From IMG/VR virus record IMGVR_UViG_3300013117_000371: 64,000 nt of DNA. The stretch is one strand, 5' to 3'. Below are positions 10,985 to 21,600 of the stretch, in pieces; the stretch's first letter is position 1; each line of letters starts with the position of its first letter. The translations under genes were made by a program, and so were the position numbers. The notes beneath the pieces were generated by a model, which was given only the letters and a program-made list of their open reading frames with translations, did no database searches and was not told where the DNA came from. Source of the DNA: a virus.

Positions 10985-11016
10985 TGCTATAAGGACCATG
11001 GACCAACATACGGAGG
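10985..11016 (+). promoter_or_regulatory. TGCTATAAG promoter-like motif, TGGACCAACA leader and RBS
   Basis: TATAAG 10988-10993, TGGACCAACA 10999-11008, GGAGG 11012-11016, ATG 11022. Confidence 0.6.
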
Positions 11017-11021
11017 GAAGA

Positions 11022-11357
11022 ATGACAAAGACACCGAGGGTAATCCTGGGGGACTCAACCCCGAAACCATGCAAATACCACCTCTCATTCGAAGGGGGGG
11101 TATTCTGTTGTACCTTCGCCCCGAGACATAAGGGGGAAGCCCCACAAGCGCTGGCGTCCTGGAACCGTAAGGGGGGAGGGTCCTACACACTACGACCCTA
11201 CGGGGTAAGTATCACCCAGACAGCCCCTGGCGCCGTCCTGGACTGGGAAAAAGTACCGGGGGTGTCGCTCTGGCTCACCGAAGCAACGCCCAAGATCGGG
11301 GGGGCCTGCAAAACGGGCTTCCCGCAAAAAAGAAAGGGGGAGACAAGTGAAGAATAA
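11022..11357 (+). CDS. Hypothetical protein, paralog A
   Basis: Shares YHL..FAPRH.G..LRPYGV..DWEKVPG.SLW with the next gene; RBS favours the start at 11022. Confidence 0.7.
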   Translation: MTKTPRVILGDSTPKPCKYHLSFEGGVFCCTFAPRHKGEAPQALASWNRKGGGSYTLRPYGVSITQTAPGAVLDWEKVPGVSLWLTEATPKIGGACKTGFPQKRKGETSEE

Positions 11358-11676
11358 CTTCCAAGAGTGGCCCCGGGAAAATGGGAGCCCAAAAGGCGTT
11401 GGCTACCACCTGGAGGATGCCGGGTGGACCTTCTATGCCTCCTTCGCCCCCAGACATGAGGGGTCGGCCAAGGAGACAGAGGGGAACCTCAATGGAACTG
11501 AAGGGAGGACCTTCGAGTTGCGTCCCTACGGGGTCAACTTCACCGGCCCAAGTGACGAATTCGGCGCCATTGCGGAAACGGACTGGGAGAAAGTCCCCGG
11601 TTTTTCGCTGTGGTTCACCCGGGACTTGGCAGTAGCCAAAGGTATAGCGACCTTGGCAGGGAAGGGCGATGCCTGA
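11347..11676 (+). CDS. Hypothetical protein, paralog B
   Basis: Same motifs as the preceding gene. Confidence 0.7.
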   Translation: MKNNFQEWPRENGSPKGVGYHLEDAGWTFYASFAPRHEGSAKETEGNLNGTEGRTFELRPYGVNFTGPSDEFGAIAETDWEKVPGFSLWFTRDLAVAKGIATLAGKGDA

Positions 11677-12007
11677 AAAGATTGAATTCCACCCCGGATT
11701 CGGGGATGAACTGTGGGAGAACCTCCCCAAGGTAGTTCAGGGGGCCTTCATGGCCTCCGGACTGAGCCGCAAAGACTTCATCCGGGGCTGGGCGCAGTCG
11801 CTGTCCTGGCCCCGCAGGGAGCGGGAGCACGCCATTATGGCCGTCACCTCCGCCGGCCAACTCTGGGTCGCTGCCATGAGCTCCGGCCTGTGGAAGGGCG
11901 CAGCGCTGGTCAAGGACGTCCCCGTCAAGCTCTCACCGGGCAGTAGCTTGGAGAGCGGGGTTCGGGCGTTCCTGGAGGCCGCCCACGCCACCATGAAAGG
12001 CACTTAG
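11669..12007 (+). CDS. Hypothetical protein
   Basis: Overlaps the upstream stop; protein-like composition. Confidence 0.6.
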   Translation: MPEKIEFHPGFGDELWENLPKVVQGAFMASGLSRKDFIRGWAQSLSWPRREREHAIMAVTSAGQLWVAAMSSGLWKGAALVKDVPVKLSPGSSLESGVRAFLEAAHATMKGT

Positions 12008-12029
12008 CAAGGGGGGATAGGAGAAACCA

Positions 12030-12389
12030 ATGCAAAAAATACTAGTAGTAGGCAGACCCATGACAGGAAAGACCTCGTTCGCCCGGGGTCTCAAGGGGAC
12101 AATTGAGAGTACCAGCCATGCCTCTGGTAGAGAATTGCGGGTCGCTACCTACGACCCAGACGTCTACCCCAACCGGGGGGACATCGAGGCCTGGCTCAAG
12201 ATGGTGGAGGGGCAAGGATTCGACGCTGCCATCGTCACCGCCCAGCTCTCCGCCAGGGAACCTCCTACGATGCACCACGAAGGGGAGCACTACGAGTGCC
12301 ATGCGTGGCCGCTCATCGACCAGTTCAGCTCAGTGTACCGAGTGGAGCGGGTGCGCCTGAAGAAGGCCGCCGTGGACGACCGCCTGTAG
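12030..12389 (+). CDS. Small P-loop NTPase/kinase-like protein
   Basis: N-terminal ILVVGRPMTGKTS (hydrophobic strand plus GxxxxGKT); RBS GGAG upstream. Confidence 0.55.
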   Translation: MQKILVVGRPMTGKTSFARGLKGTIESTSHASGRELRVATYDPDVYPNRGDIEAWLKMVEGQGFDAAIVTAQLSAREPPTMHHEGEHYECHAWPLIDQFSSVYRVERVRLKKAAVDDRL

Positions 12390-12497
12390 TCCGCGCACAT
12401 CCCCGCAATTTCCAGCTATAAGAGTAGTGAGGAGGAACGCCGAAGGAAACATAGCGTTCCTAGCGACTCCCCTACGGGGGAAAGGAGGTAAAGCGAA

Positions 12498-12806
12498 ATG
12501 CTTACCCTGGTCATGCTGACCTTGCAGCTGAATTTGCCAGTCCAGCTGCCTGTGTCAGTGCATGTCCCCGCCACCATCTCCCAAGCCTGCATTGTGGTTG
12601 TGGAGCCACTCGCCGGCCCGGAAGACGAGAGCATTCCCCGGGAGCATCCCAGGGATCTCGGTGACGGAAGCGAGGGGACTGGCATCATTCCCAATGCGCA
12701 GGCTTGCGGCGCCTGTCTGCAACTGGGTATGGCTAGCCGGGACCCCACAACCCCGCGGCCGGTCCAGGCCGGTGTCCCTATGGCACGGGGCAAGGCAAAC
12801 ATGTAA
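12498..12806 (+). CDS. Hypothetical protein behind a structured leader
   Basis: AAGGAGG at 12482-12488; GCTATAAG at 12415-12422. Confidence 0.5.
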   Translation: MLTLVMLTLQLNLPVQLPVSVHVPATISQACIVVVEPLAGPEDESIPREHPRDLGDGSEGTGIIPNAQACGACLQLGMASRDPTTPRPVQAGVPMARGKANM

Positions 12807-13007
12807 GAGCACACAAGACGAAGGGGGGGGTCCGGCGTTAGTCGGAGGCCCCCCTTCGCGCTCCTCCTTTTTAGCTGCGAGGACACACCAACCCGGGGAG
12901 GGAACTGGTCTCCCCGGGTTGGTACAAGGAAGAAACAAGAACGGCACACCCACTGAAGGGGGTGTAGGGGGCTGAGTGGACCTGTGCGAGAGAGGCCCCA
13001 ACCCCCG

Positions 13008-13033
13008 CTCCACTTAGAAGTGGAGGACTTTTA
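13008..13033 (+). terminator. Probable intrinsic terminator between convergent genes
   Basis: CTCCACT-TAGA-AGTGGAG followed by GACTTTTAT. Confidence 0.45.
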
Positions 13034-13047
13034 TCAACGTGCTCCCC

Positions 13048-13803
13048 CTAACTGAGAGCCGCTCCGCCCACCAGGCCGGCGCCGGCGCCGACAGCGGCAG
13101 GAACGAAGTACGGGTGCTGTGTTACTTTACGAGCTCTGCCCATGAACCCGGCCAGCATCCCCCGCTGCATGGGGGAGTAAACCGGGCCTCGAGTATAAGA
13201 GCGCACCGGCGCACCGGCGCCGGCCCGAGTAGTGGTCACCGCTGTCGGCGCTCCTGGGAGCGCTGCGGTGGGCCTGGTGGCGGCTAAGTGCTGCTGGTAA
13301 GCGGGAGCCCGGCCCCGGTACAGCCCCACCTGCCGGCCGGTAGCGAAACCTTCGCTCTGGCGGAAAGCCGTCCGCTGCTGCTTTGCCGCTCGTTGAGTCA
13401 GCTGCCCAGTACGGGCGCTGGCCACCGGCCTGAGCCGCTGCGCCCCGGCGGCTGCCGCCGCCTGCTCCACCCGGACGGCCTTCTGGGTACCTACGGCACG
13501 GGCCGTGGTGCCCTTGATGCGCCGAGCGCCGGCGCCTCCGGCCTTACCGGTCCCCTTGAGGGCAGCAACGCCGGATTTGTTGAACTTGGCCATGCCCCCC
13601 TTGCCGATCTTACTGATCATCTGAGCTTCCAGGGCAGCGAGGCGCTTGGCCTCCATGCCCGCCAAGGTGCCGGCCTGGCCCAAGGAGCGAAGCTTCAGGA
13701 TGGCCCGGCCGAGGGATTGGAGGCCCCCCGCTTCCTTCTCCAGGCCCTCCCCCATTGCCGCCAACATTCCCTGCCGAAATTCCTGCAACAGGCTGCTGCT
13801 CAT
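13048..13803 (-). CDS. Basic Ala/Gly/Arg-rich putative virion-internal protein with an EKxA leader
   Basis: EFRQGMLAAMGEGLEKEAG N-terminus; C-terminal glycine-zipper AVGAGAGLVGGAALS. Confidence 0.55.
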   Translation of the reverse strand: MSSSLLQEFRQGMLAAMGEGLEKEAGGLQSLGRAILKLRSLGQAGTLAGMEAKRLAALEAQMISKIGKGGMAKFNKSGVAALKGTGKAGGAGARRIKGTTARAVGTQKAVRVEQAAAAAGAQRLRPVASARTGQLTQRAAKQQRTAFRQSEGFATGRQVGLYRGRAPAYQQHLAATRPTAALPGAPTAVTTTRAGAGAPVRSYTRGPVYSPMQRGMLAGFMGRARKVTQHPYFVPAAVGAGAGLVGGAALS

Positions 13804-14138
13804 CGCGCCTCCCCAGTCAGCATCTTCTTACCTTTCACCCCCAACCAAGCGAGGGCTGCTCCTGCTGCCGCCCCGCCGCCGAGCATTCGCCTGTGGCCTA
13901 CGGCCTTCAAGGTCTTGGGGTTCTTGAGGAGGTCCCCCAGCCTTCTGGTCCAACGGGACTGCCTGCGGTACCGGCGGTTCATAAGTAAGGCCTTGCCCGC
14001 CCCGTAGACGGCGCCGGCGGCGCCGCCTCGGGCCATCCACTTGGCCTCGTCGCTGACGCCTCTTTTTTCCAGGGCCTTCTCCCGCAGGTACCCCCGAAGG
14101 GTGTCGGTATTTACCGTCTTCATGTCGTCAGTATACAC
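13800..14138 (-). CDS. Small basic glycine-zipper protein
   Basis: ALEKRG near the N-terminus; GGAAGAVYGAG and GGGAAAGAALA motifs. Confidence 0.55.
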   Translation of the reverse strand: MYTDDMKTVNTDTLRGYLREKALEKRGVSDEAKWMARGGAAGAVYGAGKALLMNRRYRRQSRWTRRLGDLLKNPKTLKAVGHRRMLGGGAAAGAALAWLGVKGKKMLTGEAR

Positions 14139-14198
14139 TATGAAACGGGGTTGTCCAGTACTTCAAAACAAGGCAGGGCGGGTGTTCAGCCTCAGCGG

Positions 14199-14813
14199 CT
14201 ACCCAGCGCTTACCGCCACCTCTATACGCCCCGGCAACTTCTCCCACCAGGACACCCACCCTTTCTTTCCTTTCCATAACTTACTTGCAACGCAAATACG
14301 CCTCTCCCCCCGCATCCCTATGTCAGATGAGCAGTAGACGCCGGGGATGTCTGCAAGCTGCTGCACAATGCCGCTGTGATTTCTTTGCCCGCCGGGAAGA
14401 CGGAACACTACTGCCGCCGGCCGCAAGGCGTTCTTCCCGGCCTCCGTAGACCTGATCTCCACGGGGAGGGCGTTGATGCTCTCCAGCCACTCGTCCTTAA
14501 GGTCCTTGTCCACGGAGAGACCCCGCCACAGCTTCTTAGGGGCGTTCGTACGCCCACGCAGAAGCCCGGGAGGGTCCTTTTTATAGACAGTCCTATAAGC
14601 AAGAGTGGGAGAGTTTACCTTTCCTTCCAAGAGCATCCGCAAGCCCAATCCCCGGCCTATCCGGCCGATCAAGCCACGGGGGCGCCTCTCCCGGTCCCCC
14701 CGCCAGTACCCTTTCACCTGCGATTGTTCTCGCTGATGAGGGCGGACGTAACCGGCAGTTTTCTCAAAGGCGGCAAAAAAACCTCGTTGGAATGGGCCAA
14801 ACTGGTTTCTCAT
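14199..14813 (-). CDS. Hypothetical protein with an EKxA leader
   Basis: RBS GGAGG then MRNQFGPFQRGFFAAFEKTAG. Confidence 0.6.
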   Translation of the reverse strand: MRNQFGPFQRGFFAAFEKTAGYVRPHQREQSQVKGYWRGDRERRPRGLIGRIGRGLGLRMLLEGKVNSPTLAYRTVYKKDPPGLLRGRTNAPKKLWRGLSVDKDLKDEWLESINALPVEIRSTEAGKNALRPAAVVFRLPGGQRNHSGIVQQLADIPGVYCSSDIGMRGERRICVASKLWKGKKGWVSWWEKLPGRIEVAVSAG

Positions 14814-14901
14814 GGCTTCCTCCACCTGGAAGCAGGATACCACTACTGCGGAAAATGTCCAGCAGCGGGCAACGCACTAAGAGACAGCCACCCACCGAGC
14901 A

Positions 14902-15669
14902 CTAGACTCCCCGTTGTCTCGCTGAAGGTCGATGCGTCTGCCAAGCAGAGATTCGCTTCTCCACCCTCCTGTCTCTCACTCGGGCTCCTGAGCATCCTAC
15001 AATCGCTGCTACTTTGGCATCCGACATGGTTCCCAACAGATGATCATATTTGGCCCAATCAAAGCGAGAAAAGTGCCACTTGCGGTAGGGGGCAATCCCA
15101 AGACGGCTCCGCCGGGCCGTTACGGTTCGGGTCGCGCAGCCTACCTTTTGCGCTACTCTGGCATCCGACGTTGTGCCCAGGAGGCAGTCGTAGGTGGCCC
15201 AGTCATAGCGCTCGGGGCGCGTACAAGGGGGTATGCCCTTCTGCTTGCGGTGGCTGTAAACCGTCGACGCAGAACAACCTAGAATTTGGGCAATTACTGT
15301 GTCAACCTCTTTGCCCAGGAGGTGCTGCACTCTATACCACTCATACTGAGGCTTTCGCCCAATTTCCCGCATTGAAAGCGGCGCCATCGGGATGCCGAGT
15401 AGCGCACGTTCTTGCCTGATTCGTTCTCGACTGCACCCGAATCTCTTCGCAAGCTGGTTGTCCGGAACCTTCCCCAGGAGAGGCGTGATCTTTGCCCAGT
15501 CGAGTTTGGGTTTTCCCCCTCTGTAGGGTGCCCGCCCTCCAGTGTAACTGGGGGATATTCCCCGCTTCTGCCGCTGGTATGTTACTACGCTTTGAGGTAC
15601 TCCAAGGCGCTCAGCGATGAATCGATCAGTGTACTCGCCGAGCGGGATCTGGTCCCAAGTTACGTTCAA
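14902..15669 (-). CDS. Tandem five-repeat helix-turn-helix protein
   Basis: Five ~45-50-aa repeats with consensus DW..Y..LLG..SD..IA..LGCS...V...R...GI. Confidence 0.75.
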   Translation of the reverse strand: MNVTWDQIPLGEYTDRFIAERLGVPQSVVTYQRQKRGISPSYTGGRAPYRGGKPKLDWAKITPLLGKVPDNQLAKRFGCSRERIRQERALLGIPMAPLSMREIGRKPQYEWYRVQHLLGKEVDTVIAQILGCSASTVYSHRKQKGIPPCTRPERYDWATYDCLLGTTSDARVAQKVGCATRTVTARRSRLGIAPYRKWHFSRFDWAKYDHLLGTMSDAKVAAIVGCSGARVRDRRVEKRISAWQTHRPSARQRGV

Positions 15670-18600
15670 GGTGCACCTCCAGTGCCTCTCGGAGGCGGAA
15701 TGTCGGTTCGGACTCTATCCACCATCTTCGTTCTCCCCGAGGGCCTCCCGTACCGTCTCGAAGGTCAGTTCGCAGCACCGCTCTTCCCCGCACTTGGGGC
15801 AGATGTTGTCAACTCCAGGGAAGTAATTCCCGGCGTCGTCCCATTCTTCGGGGATGTTGCCTAACTCCCCCCATGGGAAGTACGCCAGGCACCGCCAGCA
15901 TTGAACGGCGAAGTCCTTGACGTACTCGAAAAAGTAGGAGGGCTGCCCCTTACTGCCGATCTCGTAAAAGGGGACTTGTTGGATTACCCTGGCGCCCTCC
16001 TCCTCCGTAGCCCTCCCAGGCACGTAGTAGGGCTCCCCCGCATGGGGGTTTTTCCGGAGCGTGCCCTTGTCTATCCTAATGTAGAAGTTACCCTTCACTC
16101 TCTCCCTCCTCTTCCTCAAACTCCCGATTCTGTCCATCCCCCCCTCCGTCAGTAGCATCCGACTTCTGTGGTAGCCCAAACAGGTAGCGGAGCTTGGCCT
16201 CCAAGTTCTCCTTGAGCTCCACATGTTCGGCAAGTACTTTCTGCAACCGCTCATCGTTGAGGGCCTCCCGCGCCTTGTCGAGCCTCTCTTCCACCTCCAG
16301 GCAGCGGGCTTTCCAGCCCGTCGCCCCTCCGTCGTACACCGACTGGGTGCGGACCTCCCAGGGTTTCGCCGTACGGTCCAGCATGGCCTCGCAAGCCCGG
16401 AGCCGCAGCTGGTCGGCGTAGAACTGCGCCAGCTGTCCCACCCAGCCGTTGAAATAGTGGACTCGCTTCGCCGTAGGGGAGGAGTACTTGAGGGTGAGGT
16501 TGCTCCAGGCGTTGGCCGAGAGTTCCCCCTGCACCCGGTCCAGGAAGCTGGACACGGTACACCTGTACGTGCAGTCGTGTTTGTGCCAGTGAGTGACGTC
16601 GCAGAAGATCTCGAACACCCGACCGGTGGGGAGGTAGCCCACCATCAAGCCGTAGAGAAACTCCGCCAGGTAGTCACGGGGCAGACTGATTCCCCCCGAG
16701 CTCTCCTTGAGGGCCTGATTCATCGCCATGATGTGCTCCGACGGGGTAACCATCTTCTGGCCAATCTCGTCCGCCGCCTCTTCGGCCGGCGTCCCGCCTT
16801 GGAGCGCCTTCAGGAGGGAATGCAGGTCTTCCATAGGCAACTGAATTGCCCCGGGAGCCTCCTGCCCCTCCGGAAACTCGAGGGCGACATCCCTGAGGAT
16901 GACCACGCTCCCCCGCTTTTCTATGCCGCCGATGTGAGTCACAACGATGTTCGGTTTGCTCGTCTTCATTTGCTCCTCCTTTTCTTTAGCCAGGCGTACC
17001 ACCGCCTGGGCAACCATCTTTTGGCCAATCTCGTCCGCCAGTTCCTAAGTGTCACTTACGTCGTTTGACTTCTCTCGCATCTCTTCCTCCTGCGCCTGCG
17101 TGGTATCCGGTACGTGGATCTCAGTAAACGGCACCATCGGACCTGGGGGGTCTATCAGCCGAGTAATCTCAAACGTCTCCCCCAGCTGATCCAGAACGTG
17201 TTGCTGGTACATCTCCTCTGGTGAGGGTAGGTCGTTCCCAATCGTAATGAGGCGGTCCATTGGGTACTCCCGGGCAGTCTCCCGGTGGAACAAAGAAGAC
17301 AAGCAGGCGACTACCTTGAGGCGGTTTTCGTCCTCCTCCTCCGGCGGTTCATCGGGGAGGGCCGCTAGCATGAGTGCAGCGAAGTCATGCTGCGTCACTT
17401 TCATCACTGGGAGTTTCTTCCCCTCCTCCCTTATGTACTTCGCAGCCGCCTGGAGATCCTCAATGCTCTTCGCCCCCCATACCCCGAACACTACTTCCTG
17501 TTTCCCTTCTACCATCTTCCCTTCTCCTTTACTCTTCTTTGCTAGACAGTTCGAGTTTCTTGATTCCCGCCAGGTTCCCGCCGAACAGAACAGCCCAAAA
17601 TTTCGTCGGCTTGCGGGGCCAGCCCATGAAGGAGTCGACATACTCCAGGAACCACCCAGTTCCCTCAAGTGACCCAGCCATTCCTTTCTTCCCGTCGATG
17701 CTGATAACCGACGCAATCGCCAAGTGACCAGAAGAGGTGACTACTACCACACGGTCCCCCACCTTCAGGTCGTCTTGCTCCAAAATGGCCCACAAGTGGC
17801 GCTCCCGCCACATTGAGTGGAGGGTCGTTGCGTCCTCCCCGGTCACTTTCCCGTCCTTGATGAGCTCGGGGGGCACCTTGAGGATGGGGGAGTACTTGTT
17901 CTCCCAACAGAAGAGCTCAACTTTGGACTTCCCGCCTTCCGTTGTCGTAACGTGCACTGTTCTTCCTTGGGTAGGTTGCCCTACTTTACTCTTCTGCATC
18001 GTCTTCCCCCTTGGGCGCATCTGCCTCAAAGCCGGAATGGGAGATAGTGAACTCCAGTTGAGTATTGTCTGAAAGCTTGACGTCGAAGAGAGCTTCGGCG
18101 CAAGGCTCGTGGTCTCTGTCGTCCTCCGGCGTGGGAGGCTCAAAGCCCTCTGGGAACTCGAATCCCTCCTCGACCAGCTCCAAGTACTGCCGATAGGGGC
18201 CGATGGACATCCTCGGCTCCATAAAGGGGGTGATTGTCCCCTTGCGGCCGTCCAGGAGCTCAATCTCCTGCCCAAACGGCATTCTTGCCCAAATGTCCTG
18301 GAGGATCTCCAACGCCGACTTCCCCGCCTTCGCTTTCTCCCTCACGTACGCCTCAAGGACCTTTTCGAATGGTGGCTCTTTATTCCTCATCGCGCTCCCC
18401 CTTGCACGTGTCCAAGTGGCGGCGGAAGTTGTTCCACGCCGCCAACTTGAAGTACTGCTCCCCCCTGCGAGACCTGCTGGAGTTCTTCGTGGTCCGCACA
18501 TATTGATCGGGGAACCGGCGCCCGCACTTCTTGCATTCGAATACGCCCCTGCCGTGGGCAGGGCAGTAACAAATATACCGAGGGAATTCTTCTCGGTGCC

Positions 18601-21600
18601 ACCTGGCGACACCCACTTCCTGTGCCCACTCTTTTCTAAATTGTCTTTCCTGCATTCAGTTTTCCTCATTAATCTTGATTAGTGCACTGCAGCCTTCCTC
18701 GCGGTCCTCCATTAGCAAGAACAAGTTTTTGTCGATCCCCCAGCCCGTACCGGGTAGCCTCCTTTCCAACGTCGCCTTGACCCAATTCAAGAGCTTCTCC
18801 TTATTGGCCAGGTTGGCCCCGAACAACGCTAAGTTCCATTGCAAGACCCACGCCTCCTTAAAACACAGGAGGTCACCCATCCAGTTGATGGTGGTGAGAA
18901 TGCGGAATTCCTCCTGCCACCGCAGCAGAAATTCAGCAACCTTGAACACGTTTGTGCCCCGCATCATCCGCTCCGAACCAACAATGGGGGTTCCTCCCTG
19001 CGGGCAGCTAGCCAAGGCATACCGAATCTCCAAATCCACTATGTCCGAGTTCTTGAGGGGGTTACTCCGCAAACGGTAGAACCAACGTGTCTGCCCGATC
19101 TGTGTCTCCATTGCTCAGTCCTCCTCTCCTAGAATCTCCCGTTTGTGGTTCATCACCACCCGAGCGACATACTCCACCATGTATGGCTCACGAGGCGGCG
19201 CCGGCGGCGAATACGCTGAACGGTCGGGATAGTGGGGGTACATCTCAAGCAACGCCCGCCCGTCCGGCGGCCCCAGCAAGGAAGGCCTCTCCGACTGGGA
19301 GATGATGAATGCAGCATTGAGCATCCCTATCTTCATCCTCCCCGAGAAGTCTTGCAACAAGCGGTCTATCAGTTCGCTCTCCTTGGCCGCCAAAGCCTCC
19401 TCCTTCCGCTTCTTCTTCCACGCCTCCGGCGGCCACAAGGCAGGGTCGGGGGAGGGCTCGGCGAACCGCTGCATCACAGCGTCATACGGTTCGTCCGCCG
19501 GCAGGACAGTCTCCAACACGCCGTCCCGAATGACTACCCAAAACTCTTCCCTGTCCTGGCCAGTTCCGCTGTAGATGCCGTCCAGGAGATACCCCCTCCC
19601 TGCTCCCTCGAACACCCGTACGGGGAGTTTCTCCCCCTCCTTGAAGCTCTCACAGCAGTCCCCCCTGCCGGTATTGAACTGGACCTTCGCCCCTTCCTCA
19701 GTGATTACCGTAGTGAACATCCCCATTCGCTAGTCCTCCTCTTCCGGCGGGGCAGCTTCCAATGGCTGCACCTCGTTGTCAGTCTCCTCCCAACCCGCCC
19801 AAGGCACCAATATACACATATCCCCGCTGGGAGAATCCACCACGGCGCTGTTGGCCATGTGCTGTTGAAGGGAGAAACGGGACACCAGCATCTGGTAGTC
19901 GTCTGTGCAGCTGCGGACAGCCCCTTCCTTCAGCAACGTACAGTGCCGGCAGGAGAAACGCCACAGCCCCTTGCAGTACTCCAACTGGTACTCCCGGTTC
20001 TCGTGGGTATCTACGACGTGGTAGCTCCCCTCTCCCGACACTCTCATCTTCTGCACAATCTCCAACAGGGTCACGCTATTCCTCCTCGATGAAGTAACTG
20101 TCCCTATGTTCCACTTCCCGCCAGTTCTGGGTAGCGTCCTCCGAACCCATATCCACCGGTACCAGGTTGTCTTTTTCGCTACTTTCCCCTACTCCCGTGC
20201 GGCCGTAGAGGAGGGTGTCGACCTCACCGACGATACGCATATGCTCCCCATTGAGGTGGCGGTAGGTCTTGCCCACCTCAAACTTGAAACCGCCGGCCTT
20301 GTGCTCGTCCTTGTGCTCGTCTTTGATGACAACCACGGTAGTTGGGCCCAACGCCAACGGGGAGCTCTCCCCCCTCTCATCAAGCGTCCAGGGGTGCTCC
20401 TGCACCTCGTCCGCCAACTTCTGGGGGATGCGGCCCTCTTCGGCCCTGAGCTTGCGCTCCTCCCCCTTGTGAACGACAAACGAGCCGGCTGCGTTGCGTA
20501 AGAGCACAAGCCCCGACTGCAACAGGTAAATGACCCGGTCTACCGTCCACTCCTCGAGCTCGTCCACACAGACGTGGTCATAGGACTCCCCCCGTATCTG
20601 CCCAAGCTCCCAGCTCACGAGGTCCTTCCGCAACGCCTCCAGGCGAGCCTTGCGGGCAACGGGCGGGGCGGAACGCAACCACTCCTTGACAATGCCCATG
20701 ATACCGGAACGGGTGTGCAAGGCGGCACACAACTGCGCCAGTAAGGGGGAACCCTTGCAGCCCGCCCCCCGGCCGAGCTTGTGGAGTTCGTCCCAGGGGC
20801 GCTTCTCTGCTCCCTGAGAGACGCCCTCCCTAGCGGCCACAAAGAAGCGCTCCAGTTCCTCGTACACCGACTTGGGCACAGTGTACCTAATTTCTCCCGT
20901 GCACGGGTTCTCCGTCTTCCCTACCCCTGGCCAGGGAGGTATCCCCATAGCCTTGTACAGGCTCTCCCGGACTAGGTCGCCGGGGATGGCTAAATTGACC
21001 CCCTCGGTTCGGCCACAATGAGAGGCGGGAGCCTCCTCCACCGTCATCACCACGTTCCCGTCCTTGTCCCTGTGATCCCCCAACGCCAGTCCCCTGTGCC
21101 CCACCACCCGGGCGTCCTTGAAGACGGCCCGATTGCCGTCCTCGGTGTCGATGTGGAGGTCCGCCCCATGCCAAGTCATCTCCCTCACCTTGCCGAAGAA
21201 AGTGCCCTCCGTTGGAATTGGAACCTCCGGAGCGGGTATTCTCAACCCTTCCTCCGACCCCTCCTCAATCCCCCCAGGGGCCAGAGGAACTAGGTAGGTT
21301 CGCAACGCCTTGCCATAGTGGGTGAACCCCTCCCTCGCCTTCTCGAGGTCTTCTACTACCTGCGCCTCGAAGTCGTTGAGTTCGTCCGAGTGCTTGTGCC
21401 ACCACGACCCACCCTGGACGAACATCCCCCAGGTGGTGACGATGAGCCCAAGCCCATCCGCCGATAGGCCCAACGGGTAATGGACGTCCTTACCGGGGTT
21501 ATTCTGATCCAGCACTCTACGGGCGACCGCCGCCCGGACTTCTTGTTCTGCTGTCAACTGCATCTTTTCCTCCTTTATGCTGCCTCAATTTCCCAAGTAG

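Noticed and set aside
11194-11533. Repeated CCCTACGGGG as a regulatory element
   Set aside because: The copies at about 11195 and 11524 encode the conserved RPYG of the two paralogs; other copies are GC-rich hairpin cores with no consistent context.
17018-17047. In-frame TAG joining two ORFs, suggesting amber recoding (genetic code 15)
   Set aside because: The 2012-aa RNAP and all other long genes are open under the standard code with no internal TAG, and several genes end sensibly at TAG.
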